A DNA stretch of 64,000 nucleotides from Verrucomicrobiia bacterium (GTDB lineage Bacteria > Verrucomicrobiota > Verrucomicrobiia > Palsa-1439). A program made the position numbers and the translations under genes. Below, in pieces: positions 47,527 to 56,621 of this stretch. How positions within the stretch are numbered: position 1 is the first letter of the stretch; every line of letters starts with the position of its first letter. The notes under the pieces are model-generated. The model was not told the origin of the DNA and ran no database searches. It saw only the letters and a program-made list of their open reading frames with translations. The DNA lies in contig JBBISF010000001.1 in NCBI GenBank assembly GCA_037441425.1, forward strand, positions 69,068-133,067, given 5' to 3'.

Positions 47527-47661
47527 ACCGGTCATCCCGACAGACGCGTCCGGACTTCTGCTTGATCCGCGCGTCAGCCTATCAGGGTTTCCCCCGGCTG
47601 CCAAGCATCGAGGCAACGCAGGTCCCCGCCGGTTCCACGAAGGCGCGAATCGTCAGCTTGG

Positions 47662-48915
47662 CTAGGTCACCAGCGCCAGCCAGACGAGCAATCCCGCCAG
47701 CGCGACCAGGGTCACCGGCACGCCCAGCCGGGCGAAATCACGAAACCGGATGGTGATCCCCAGTTCGCGGGCCTGTTGCACGACGATGATGTTGGAGACG
47801 CTGCCCAGAATAATGAGGCTGCCGCCAAAACTGTTGGCCAGCGCCAGCACGTAGGCTGTCGGCGGCTGCGTGACGTTGGTCAGTTTGATCAACAACATCA
47901 CCGCCGCGGAGTTGTTGATCAAATTGGAGAGCGCGGCTGTCACCACGGCGAGGACGGGCAGCGCGTGGAGGTTCAAGCCGATTTGCGCCAGCCACGGCAC
48001 CGCGCGCGCGCCGCAGCCGGTGGCTTGAAACGCGCCCGTGACCACAAACAAACCCATGAACAGCACCAGAATCGGCCAATCCACCAATCCCAGCAAATCC
48101 TCCGTCCGGAATTTCGGACTGGCCAGATGAATGCCCGCCGCCGTCAGCGCGATGATTTCCTTGGGCACGTTCGTGAAGAAAAACGCGATGACCAGCGCTA
48201 GAATGACCAAGCCCTTGAGCGTGTGCGGCCGGTTGAACGGTTGGGGAGCGAATTTCGCCGCGGTGGGCGGCGGCCCGGTCCAGACGAGGCGGCGCCGCGA
48301 CATCACCCAGATGATCACATACGCGCTGCCGAGGGCAAAGAGCACCGGCACCAGGCACCACCACACGTAGTGTCCAAAACTTAGCCGGGCGATCTGGGCG
48401 ATCAGCATATCCTGCGGATTGCCGACCAGTGTGGCGGCCGCACCGATGTTGCTGGCGAGCGCGAGCGCGATCAGGAACGGCACCGGATTGAGTTGCCGGC
48501 GGAGCAGCGCGGTCGCCACCACCGGCGCGAAAACAAAACAGACGATGTCGTGGTTCAAAAACGACGACAACCCGGCGGTCACCAGCATCAGCTGGCCCAG
48601 GAACCGCGCGGGATTCTCCAGCCGGCGCGCCAGCCCGGCCGCGATCCTGTCGAAGAATCCGGAAAGCCGCAACTGCGCTGACAAGACAAAGAACCCGAAT
48701 AACAGCAGGATCGTCGGCCAGTTGATGAATTCCACCACGTCCCCCGTCGGCAGGCCCGAGAAAATCATCATCGCGATGGCCCCCAGCAGGACAATGCCCG
48801 TGCGATCCAGCTTCAGGCCCGGCACGCGGCCGACGGCGATCCCGAGGTAGGTGAGCGCGAAAATCAACAACACGGCGACTGGGGCGGGGGGCGGAGTGAT
48901 GGGGGCCGCGTTCAT
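47662..48915 (-). CDS. ArsB/NhaD-superfamily anion permease
   Basis: A 417-aa protein with about 12 TM helices and the two-repeat architecture typical of ArsB/NhaD/CitMHS-like transporters. Confidence 0.65.
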   Translation of the reverse strand: MNAAPITPPPAPVAVLLIFALTYLGIAVGRVPGLKLDRTGIVLLGAIAMMIFSGLPTGDVVEFINWPTILLLFGFFVLSAQLRLSGFFDRIAAGLARRLENPARFLGQLMLVTAGLSSFLNHDIVCFVFAPVVATALLRRQLNPVPFLIALALASNIGAAATLVGNPQDMLIAQIARLSFGHYVWWCLVPVLFALGSAYVIIWVMSRRRLVWTGPPPTAAKFAPQPFNRPHTLKGLVILALVIAFFFTNVPKEIIALTAAGIHLASPKFRTEDLLGLVDWPILVLFMGLFVVTGAFQATGCGARAVPWLAQIGLNLHALPVLAVVTAALSNLINNSAAVMLLIKLTNVTQPPTAYVLALANSFGGSLIILGSVSNIIVVQQARELGITIRFRDFARLGVPVTLVALAGLLVWLALVT

Positions 48916-48934
48916 GCCGGATCTGGGGCGCCGG

Positions 48935-49804
48935 TCAGGAGGCGAGCCGCTGGCGAATGGCCCGCAGTTCCTGACGGTGGCGCGGGTTGGGTTTGGGGTA
49001 ACGCATCTGCAAGCCGGCCAATGTGTCGAGGATCACCTGGGAGATGATGAGCCGGGCGTTCTCCTTGTCGTCGGCGGGCACGACGTACCACGGGGCGTCC
49101 GGGGTGCTCGTCGCGGTCAGGCAGTCCGCATATGCCCGCTGGTATTCCTTCCACAACCGGCGCTCCGCCAGGTCGGCCTGGCTGAATTTCCAGTTCTTCT
49201 GCGGATCGTCAATCCGCGCCAGCAAACGCCGCCGCTGTTCGTCCTTGGAAAGGTGCAGGAAGAACTTGATGATCCGCGTGCCGTTGGCGTGGAGATGTTT
49301 TTCCAGATCCACGATTGAGCGGTAGCGGTGCTCCCAAAGTTTGTGATCGTTCAGGGTGTCGTCCGGCAGGTTCTGCGCGCGCAGAATTTCCGGGTGCACC
49401 CGCACAATCAACACCTCTTCGTAATACGACCGGTTAAAAATGCCGATGCGCCCGCGTTCCGGCAGGCAGCGGGTCGTGCGCCAGAGGAAATCGTGCTCCA
49501 ACTCCTGCGTGCTGGGATGTTTGAAACTGAATACCTGGCAGCCCTGCGGATTGACGCCGGACATGACGTGTTTGATCGCGCCATCCTTGCCGGCGGCGTC
49601 CATGGCCTGAAAAAGCAGCAACACCGCATACCGGTTGTGCGCGTACAACAAGCTCTGCCGATCGCTCAATTGCGCCACGTGCTCCGCCAATAATTTCGTG
49701 TAGTGCTTCTTGGATTTGTAGAATGGCGGTACCCGCGTGGGCCATTGGCCCAGCCGCACCGTCCCCCCGGCGCGCACCCGGAATTGCTTGATCTGAATTT
49801 TCAT
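48935..49804 (-). CDS. ppk2: polyphosphate kinase 2 (single-domain PPK2)
   Basis: Walker A GKDG ([15 protein letters not shown]), then [14 protein letters not shown], the PPK2 lid and Walker B region. Confidence 0.85.
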   Translation of the reverse strand: MKIQIKQFRVRAGGTVRLGQWPTRVPPFYKSKKHYTKLLAEHVAQLSDRQSLLYAHNRYAVLLLFQAMDAAGKDGAIKHVMSGVNPQGCQVFSFKHPSTQELEHDFLWRTTRCLPERGRIGIFNRSYYEEVLIVRVHPEILRAQNLPDDTLNDHKLWEHRYRSIVDLEKHLHANGTRIIKFFLHLSKDEQRRRLLARIDDPQKNWKFSQADLAERRLWKEYQRAYADCLTATSTPDAPWYVVPADDKENARLIISQVILDTLAGLQMRYPKPNPRHRQELRAIRQRLAS

Positions 49805-49864
49805 GACCTGCCTCCCGCGTTCCTTTCTTCATCCGCCGGCGCGGTAATCCACCCCCATCATGTG

Positions 49865-50743
49865 CTACCGCACACCGGAAATGTCAACCGGATGTTTGGA
49901 CTCCCCGCCCGCCAGAGCGTGTCGCGCCCCGGCCAAGCGATATGCGCGGGGGCTTCGGGCGGTGAGCTTGCGGAAGACGCGGCTGAAGTAGAGCGGATCG
50001 TCGTAGCCGACTTGCCGCGCGATGTCGGCAACCAGCAAGGCGGTGTGCTCCAACAGATGTGCCGCGTGCTGGACACGCAACTGGGTGAGGTACTGCATGG
50101 GGGTCCGGGCGGTTTGACGCTTGAACGTCCGGAGCAGGTGGCCTTCGCTACATCCGCATAAACGAGTCAGATCGGGAAGGCAAATCGTCTCCGTGAAGTG
50201 ATCGTGCAAATAACGAATGACCCGGTTGGCCACGCTGTCTTCGCCCGGCTCTTTGCCCGCCGACGCCAGCCGCAGAAACCAGCCGACCGCCATCGCCGTC
50301 ATCCCGTCGAGTTCGTGTCCCACCCCGCCGCCGTGTTGCCGCGCGAAAATCCAGCACTGCTCCATAAATTTCGTCAGGGCTTGGCTTTGGACGGTGATCG
50401 GTTTCGGTAGGGTCCGGTGATTGAGCCGCGTCGTCCGAAATCCCAACCAGATCGTATCCAACACGCCCCCGCTGTCTTCCCGGTGCGACACATTGCGCGG
50501 GATCAGACAGACGGAGTTGACGGTCAGGGACAGACGTTCTTTCCACACGAGCGCGCCGTTGCCTTCCAAGACGCTAAACAATTCCCAGTAGTCGTGGGCA
50601 TATAAATGGGGGTTTTCCCGGGGGGCGCGCAGGCGGTCGAGGTACAACGGCGTGAACTCCGTTGACCGTCCCCGCAAGTGTTTGTCCTCCCAAAGATGTT
50701 CGCCGAACAGGTGCACGCACGGATTATTAAGCGGTTCGCGCAT
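49865..50743 (-). CDS. AraC-family transcriptional regulator (cupin sensor + HTH)
   Basis: C-terminal dual HTH ...IRYLHDHFTETICLPDLTRLCGCSEGHLLRTFKRQTARTPMQYLTQLRVQHAAHLL. Confidence 0.8.
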   Translation of the reverse strand: MREPLNNPCVHLFGEHLWEDKHLRGRSTEFTPLYLDRLRAPRENPHLYAHDYWELFSVLEGNGALVWKERLSLTVNSVCLIPRNVSHREDSGGVLDTIWLGFRTTRLNHRTLPKPITVQSQALTKFMEQCWIFARQHGGGVGHELDGMTAMAVGWFLRLASAGKEPGEDSVANRVIRYLHDHFTETICLPDLTRLCGCSEGHLLRTFKRQTARTPMQYLTQLRVQHAAHLLEHTALLVADIARQVGYDDPLYFSRVFRKLTARSPRAYRLAGARHALAGGESKHPVDISGVR

Positions 50744-50848
50744 GTCGGACAGCCTAGTGTGATCGGTTTGGATTGTCCATCTGTTAAAGCAGTCGGGTGC
50801 ATGGACGACAGGGGGTAGTTGCGCTAGCCTGACCGACGAGGTGGCGCC

Positions 50849-51574
50849 ATGAATCGAACAACCGAAATCGAGTTGTACAACCGGGATGGCTTCTTGATCG
50901 TGCGCGGCGCGGCCAAGGACGAACCACTAAAACGTCCGCAAAACGAGCTTGATCGGCTGCGGACTGACGTGGAAAACGGCACGTTGCGGGGCAATCATCT
51001 CATGGAAAATGATCGCCAGGCGCGCGTGGTGTTTGATCCTTACGATCACTCACCAACGTTGCGTGAGCTGGTAAACCGACCGGAGATGCTGGAGCGGGCC
51101 AAGGCCATCGTGGGCGGGAAAATCCATCTCCATCACACCAAATTGATGTGTAAGCCGGCATTGGAAGGCACGGCGCAACCGTGGCATCAGGACCATTATT
51201 ACTGGCCCGGCAAGAAACCCAATCAAATGGCGGTGTTCGTCTGCATTGATCCCAGCACCGAGGCCAACGGTTGCCTACGCTGCATTCCCGGCACCCACAC
51301 GAACGGCTTGCGCGAACATCATCAGGAATTTCACGAGAAAACAGGCGAGCGTCACTGGGTCTGCAACGTGTCGAAAGAAGAACTCGACCGGCAGGTGTTG
51401 TTCCTCGGCGAGCCGGGCGACCTGATTTTTTTCGGTTCGCTTACGATCCACGGTTCGGAGGGCAACCAGTCACCAATGCCACGCCGCGCAGTCATCTTCG
51501 AGTACGACGAACTGGGCAATCTACAACCCGGCATCGGCTGGGGCGCGCCGTTGCCCAAGGTGGAATGGACGTGA
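50849..51574 (+). CDS. phytanoyl-CoA dioxygenase-family Fe(II)/2-oxoglutarate oxygenase
   Basis: HQDHYYWP...CIDPSTEANGCLRCIPGTH is the HxD...H facial triad of the PhyH family. Confidence 0.8.
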   Translation: MNRTTEIELYNRDGFLIVRGAAKDEPLKRPQNELDRLRTDVENGTLRGNHLMENDRQARVVFDPYDHSPTLRELVNRPEMLERAKAIVGGKIHLHHTKLMCKPALEGTAQPWHQDHYYWPGKKPNQMAVFVCIDPSTEANGCLRCIPGTHTNGLREHHQEFHEKTGERHWVCNVSKEELDRQVLFLGEPGDLIFFGSLTIHGSEGNQSPMPRRAVIFEYDELGNLQPGIGWGAPLPKVEWT

Positions 51575-51581
51575 TGATTCC

Positions 51582-52610
51582 GTGAACCACCGGCTGGGTT
51601 GTTGGAGTTTAATGAGTATGCTTACTGTCACCACGTCGGCTGTCGGACGGGAGATTCCGCCGAACGATCCGGCGTTGCGCTATACCGGTTGCGTACGAGT
51701 GGATGCCAACGCCGAACACGCGCGGTTTGACCGGTGCGTGCCGGCGGATGGCGGCTTCCAGTATGATGCGCCCGGCACGCACGTCAGTCTGCGGACGGAT
51801 GCCCTGTCTATTGTGGCCCGGTTTCGGGGCAACGGCTTGCAGACGCGCCGGGATGCGGTCAATGGCGTTGGTGTGGTCATGGTGGACGGTCAACGAAGTG
51901 GAACTTACCGAGTGGACGGGACAGCCATCAACTCAGTGACGGTGTTGAACGTCACCAATGCGGTTATGCGTGACGTGGAAATCTGGTTGCCTTACGCCGA
52001 GTCCGTGGATTTTCTTGGATTGACCGTCAACGATACCGCGCGCTTGCAGCCCGTTCCCAAACGGGCGCGACCCCGGTATGTGGCATACGGCGATTCGATC
52101 ACCCAGGGGTTTTGGGCGACGGACGTGACGTTCACCTATCCGGTATTGGTGGCGATGCGCAACGGTTGGGAGTTGGTCAACCTCGGTTGTGGTGGGCGAC
52201 AAGCAACGGCGACCGATGGCCAGGTAATCGGTTCGGTGCCGGCGGATGTGATTACGATTCTGATCGGGTTCAACGATCATTACGGGAACAAACCGCTGGA
52301 TCGTTACCGGGCGGACGTGCGCGGGATGCTTCAACGCATCCGGGCTGCGCAACCGCAGACGCCCATTTACCTCATTACCCCGCCGTGGTCCACGGAGCCG
52401 TTTCCGACCAAATTGGGACTGCATTTGGAAGATTATCGGCGCGTGCTGCGCGCGATTGCAGCCGAAGCGCACGATGCGCATCTCCATATTGTCGAAGGAC
52501 CGGACCTGATACCAGCGGACGCGGGATTCTTCGCCGACGGCATCCATCCGAACGACCGTGGCTTTCGCAGTCTCGCGGATAAACTGGCCCCTCAATTAAA
52601 AACACCATGA
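51582..52610 (+). CDS. SGNH/GDSL hydrolase with N-terminal beta-sandwich domain (carbohydrate esterase-like)
   Basis: YVAYGDSITQG is block I with the catalytic Ser. DGIHPND is block V with Asp and His. Confidence 0.75.
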   Translation: MNHRLGCWSLMSMLTVTTSAVGREIPPNDPALRYTGCVRVDANAEHARFDRCVPADGGFQYDAPGTHVSLRTDALSIVARFRGNGLQTRRDAVNGVGVVMVDGQRSGTYRVDGTAINSVTVLNVTNAVMRDVEIWLPYAESVDFLGLTVNDTARLQPVPKRARPRYVAYGDSITQGFWATDVTFTYPVLVAMRNGWELVNLGCGGRQATATDGQVIGSVPADVITILIGFNDHYGNKPLDRYRADVRGMLQRIRAAQPQTPIYLITPPWSTEPFPTKLGLHLEDYRRVLRAIAAEAHDAHLHIVEGPDLIPADAGFFADGIHPNDRGFRSLADKLAPQLKTP

Positions 52611-53542
52611 CCGGCAAACAACGTTTCCTGAAAACACTGCGGTTCGAGCAACCGGACCGGCCGCCGCATTTTGAGACCATGTTTGAACTGGAGCACGACG
52701 CGTTCGGGCTGCAGTTCCCGGATCGCAACTCCTGGGATTGTTCCGGCGCGGCACGGGAGAAACAGATCGCCACGTGCATGACCGTGTACGAGCGGATCGT
52801 GGAGCATTATCAATGGGACGCCCTCTGCGTGTATTGGCCGTGGGGCGACCCGGCGGGGGTGCGGGCGGCGAAGAAAACATTTAGCGAACAAATCGCCATC
52901 GGCGGCATGGTCGGCGGGGGACTGTGGTGCATCGACCAGATCACGGATTGGGAACAGTTCGCCGGCGATATGGCGGAGTACCGTGATCGAATCCATGCCG
53001 AAGCCGAACACCGTTGCCGAGATGCATGCGAACGGATTGATCGTCTGACCGATGCCGGCGCGGATTTTGTTTATCTACCGCATGATGTGGCGTTTAACGG
53101 GGGAACATTCTGTTCACCAAAAGATTTCGCAGAGATTGTCACGCCGTATCTGGCGCGGTTGGTGGCCCGGGTGAAACAGCACGGCGCGATCGCCTTCTTC
53201 CACAGTGACGGCAACCTGATGGGCGTGCTCGACCAGATATTGGCCTGTGAACCGCATGCGTTGCAATCCATTGACCCGATGGCCGGCATGGACATCGCCG
53301 TGGTCAAGCAACGCACGGTCGGCAAGCTGGCCCTGATGGGCAACGTGCAATGTAATTTAATGCAGGACGGTCCGAAGGAAGCGATTCGGCAATCAGCGTT
53401 GTATTGCCTCCGCCACGGCAGCCCGGGCGGCGGCTACATCTTCTCCACCTCCAACACGATTTTCCCCGGCCTGCCGCTGGAGCATTACGAATACATGCTG
53501 GATGTCTTCCGAGAATTCTGCCAAGAATCCGCGCACGTGTGA
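52607..53542 (+). CDS. uroporphyrinogen-decarboxylase (URO-D)-like family protein
   Basis: URO-D/MtaA-like TIM barrel (LKTLRFEQPDRPPHFE...). ATGA overlap with the SGNH gene. Confidence 0.65.
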   Translation: MTGKQRFLKTLRFEQPDRPPHFETMFELEHDAFGLQFPDRNSWDCSGAAREKQIATCMTVYERIVEHYQWDALCVYWPWGDPAGVRAAKKTFSEQIAIGGMVGGGLWCIDQITDWEQFAGDMAEYRDRIHAEAEHRCRDACERIDRLTDAGADFVYLPHDVAFNGGTFCSPKDFAEIVTPYLARLVARVKQHGAIAFFHSDGNLMGVLDQILACEPHALQSIDPMAGMDIAVVKQRTVGKLALMGNVQCNLMQDGPKEAIRQSALYCLRHGSPGGGYIFSTSNTIFPGLPLEHYEYMLDVFREFCQESAHV

Positions 53543-55887
53543 AAACCATTCATCTGATTCCAAATGCCCATCTCGACCCCGTCTGGCTCTGGGACTGGCG
53601 CGAAGGCTTGAACGAAGGTCTCATCACCTGCCGCACCATTCTTGACTTGATGGACGAGTTTCCCGAACTCACATTCGTCCGCGGCGAAGCGGCCATTTAC
53701 CGGCACATCCAACGTCACGATCCGCCAACGTTCCGCCGCATCCTGCGGCAGGTGGAAGCGGGCCGGTGGGACATCGTCGGTGGCACGGTCGTTCAACCGG
53801 ACACGAACCTGCCGGCAACGGAGACGTTTCTGCGCCACTTCGAGCACGGGTTGGGCTATTTCCAGAAAACGTTTCACCGCCGGCCCGCCGTGGCGTGGGC
53901 AGCGGATTCATTTGGCCACAGCGCTGGCTGGCCGGACATCTACGCCGCCGCCGGCATGACCGGGGTCGCCTTCTCCCGGCCAGCTCCCGCGCAACAACCG
54001 GTATCCCGGCCGGCCTTTTGGTGGGAAGGCGCCAGCGGGGCGCGGATTCTGGCCTACCGGATTCCACTGGGCTGGTACGGCACGGAACGCGACGAAATCC
54101 CGCGCCGGCTCGACGCCTGCCTTCACGCCGCGCCCGATTGGGGATTGGACAACATCCCCATCTTCTGCGGACTCGGCAACCACGGTGGCGGGCCGACCCG
54201 CCGGCAGATGCAAGACATTCGTGCGTGGGCGGTGCGGCATCCCGAAGTGCGTGTCGTGTATTCGGGGTTGCACCGGTTGTTCGCCGCCTTGCGCCACGAG
54301 AAAAACCTGCCCACCCACCGGGGGGAGCTGAATTTCTGTCTGCGCGGCTGCTACGCCTCGGTGGCGAAACTCAAGTTCGCCTACCGGAAGACGGAAGCCG
54401 GTTTGCTCCGCGCCGAACGCAGCGACGCCGTCATCAGCGCGGCGACCGGCAAGCCGCCGGCAGATTTGCGCGAAGCTTGGGAATCGGTGCTCTTCAACAC
54501 GTTCCACGACATTCTGCCCGGCTCCAGCATCGAGCGGGCGTATGACGATCAACTCGCCTGGCTTGGCGGCGCGTACCACGCCAGCCAGCGCGCCGAATTG
54601 GATGCGTTGAACGCGTTGGCCGCTCGAATTGACACCACCGTAAAAATACCGGCGGGCGACAGGCCGAGCGGGGTGCCGCTGCTGGTGTGGAATCCGCATC
54701 CGTTTCCCTACCGGGGCCACGTCGAACTCGAAGCCTCGCTGGATTACCGGCCCATCTGGAAATACCAAAATCACCCCGCCGACCTGCCCGTGCGTGTCCT
54801 TGGTCCGAACCGCCAGCCGGTGCCATTCCAACTCATCGCCACCGAGCACGACTCGCTGCGGGATTTGGCGTGGCGCAAACGCGTTGTCGTCCCGGTCGCC
54901 ATTCCGGCGCTGGGGTGGAACATATTGGAAATGGGCTACGTCGAAGGCCTCCAACCGGCCGGCCGACAGTTCGCGAGCCCCTTCACCGTTCGGGCCGGGC
55001 GCGATATCCGGATTTACCGGAACGGCAAACCGTTCGTGACGCTGTCCGCCATCACCGTTGAGGACCCGTGGGGTTCGTGGGGCGGCATGAACGAAGAACC
55101 GGCCTCGATTGATTTGTCCACTGTCCGGCATCGTTGGCGCGTCGCCCGCGTGGAACCGCTGGAGCGCGGCCCGGAACGCACGGCGCTCTGGGTGCAACTG
55201 GTCGGCGGGCGCTCCCGGCTGGAACTCACTTTTTATCTCACCCGCGACCGCGATGCGGTGGACGTGGCAGCGCGGGTATTCTGGAACGAACGCTCCGCCC
55301 GCTTGAAGCTCGTGATGAGCGGCGGCGACCATGCGGAATTTGAAGTGCCGGGTGGCACCGTCAAGCGTGGGCCGTGCGGCGAAGTCCCGGGCGGCCGCTG
55401 GGTGCGCGTGCCCGGTAAGTTCGGTTTCGCCAGCGACGCGCTGTATGCGTTCGACTGCAAGAATGGCGCGTTGCGCGCGACGATTTGCCGCGCCAGCCGG
55501 TATGCCAGCGACGTGAAAATGGCGGCCCGCGCCGAGCCGTGGCAGCCGGCGGTGGATACCGGCGAGTTGCGTTTCCGGTTCCTGCTGGCGCCGGCCAACG
55601 CCGCGTTGCCGCAATTGGCGGCGCAGTTGGAGCAGCCACCGGTGGTGGTACACGCCGTGCCCAGCCCCGGCAAGTGGCCCCGGGCTGGTTCACTGGCGCG
55701 CATTGCGCCGGATTCGCTGACGGTGCTCGCCATCAAAGACGGCATTCTGCGGGTGCAGGAAACCGCCGGCCGCGCGACCACGCCGCGCGTCACGTGGCTC
55801 GGTAAGAAACTCAAGTTAACCCGCGTTGCGCCCTACCAAATCGAGACGTGGCGCATCGCCAAAACAGGAAAGAGGAAGCTGATATGA
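53539..55887 (+). CDS. GH38-family alpha-mannosidase
   Basis: The GTG start overlaps the upstream TGA (GTGA). HLIPNAHLDPVWLWDW...FVRGEAAIY...WDIVGGTVVQPDTNLP is the GH38 N-terminal catalytic-domain signature. The first about 45 aa of the listed ORF are readthrough. Confidence 0.8.
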   Translation: MKTIHLIPNAHLDPVWLWDWREGLNEGLITCRTILDLMDEFPELTFVRGEAAIYRHIQRHDPPTFRRILRQVEAGRWDIVGGTVVQPDTNLPATETFLRHFEHGLGYFQKTFHRRPAVAWAADSFGHSAGWPDIYAAAGMTGVAFSRPAPAQQPVSRPAFWWEGASGARILAYRIPLGWYGTERDEIPRRLDACLHAAPDWGLDNIPIFCGLGNHGGGPTRRQMQDIRAWAVRHPEVRVVYSGLHRLFAALRHEKNLPTHRGELNFCLRGCYASVAKLKFAYRKTEAGLLRAERSDAVISAATGKPPADLREAWESVLFNTFHDILPGSSIERAYDDQLAWLGGAYHASQRAELDALNALAARIDTTVKIPAGDRPSGVPLLVWNPHPFPYRGHVELEASLDYRPIWKYQNHPADLPVRVLGPNRQPVPFQLIATEHDSLRDLAWRKRVVVPVAIPALGWNILEMGYVEGLQPAGRQFASPFTVRAGRDIRIYRNGKPFVTLSAITVEDPWGSWGGMNEEPASIDLSTVRHRWRVARVEPLERGPERTALWVQLVGGRSRLELTFYLTRDRDAVDVAARVFWNERSARLKLVMSGGDHAEFEVPGGTVKRGPCGEVPGGRWVRVPGKFGFASDALYAFDCKNGALRATICRASRYASDVKMAARAEPWQPAVDTGELRFRFLLAPANAALPQLAAQLEQPPVVVHAVPSPGKWPRAGSLARIAPDSLTVLAIKDGILRVQETAGRATTPRVTWLGKKLKLTRVAPYQIETWRIAKTGKRKLI

Positions 55888-56621
55888 ATAAGAAAGTGGC
55901 CCTCATTACCGGTGCCGCGCGCGGCATCGGCTTCGGAATCGCCGCCTGCCTCGCGCGGGATGGCTTTCAAATCGCCATTGCCGATATGGATGGCGCGGCC
56001 GCCCAGAAGGCGGCGGACAAGTTTGGCGGGCTAGGCGTCGCCTGCGACATCACGCAGCGCCCCCAGGTCGTGCATCTCATCCAGAAGACGCTGGAGCGTT
56101 TCGGCCAGATTGACGTGCTCGTCAACAATGCCGGCATCTGTCCGTTCGTGGACGTGATGGAGATGAGTGAGGAGATGTTCAAGAAGACCATTGATGTGAA
56201 TCTGACCGGCGCGTTTCACTGCACCCAACTGGTCGCCAAGGAAATGATCAAGCGCGGGCAAGGCGGACGTATCGTGTTCATCACGTCGTTGGCGGTGAAT
56301 GTGACCGGCGCGGCGCAAGGCGACTACGCGGCATCCAAGGCGGGTCTGCACATGTTGATGAAGAGTTTCTCGATTGCGCTCGGCCCGCACGGCATCACCT
56401 GCAACGCCGTGGCGCCCGGGATGATTCTGACCGACATGACCCGGCATTACTGGGAACAACCCGGCCCCGCCGAGATGATCAAGAAACGGGTGCCGGTTGG
56501 CCGCATCGGGACGCCCGAAGACATCGGCAACGCCGTGGCGCTGTTGGTTTCCGACAAGGCCAACTACATCAATGGCGTCGGCCTCATTGTGGACGGCGGT
56601 CATCAAGCGGTGTGTGCATGA
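55884..56621 (+). CDS. SDR-family oxidoreductase
   Basis: TGAARGIGFGIA, NNAG and YAASKAG (Y-x3-K). ATGA overlap with the GH38 gene. Confidence 0.85.
   Translation: MNKKVALITGAARGIGFGIAACLARDGFQIAIADMDGAAAQKAADKFGGLGVACDITQRPQVVHLIQKTLERFGQIDVLVNNAGICPFVDVMEMSEEMFKKTIDVNLTGAFHCTQLVAKEMIKRGQGGRIVFITSLAVNVTGAAQGDYAASKAGLHMLMKSFSIALGPHGITCNAVAPGMILTDMTRHYWEQPGPAEMIKKRVPVGRIGTPEDIGNAVALLVSDKANYINGVGLIVDGGHQAVCA

Noticed and set aside
46522-47565. 347-aa ORF on the plus strand
   Set aside because: It is antisense to the DUF2339-like membrane protein gene.
53908-55653. 581-aa ORF on the minus strand
   Set aside because: It is antisense to the GH38 mannosidase and has Arg/Pro/Ala-rich composition.
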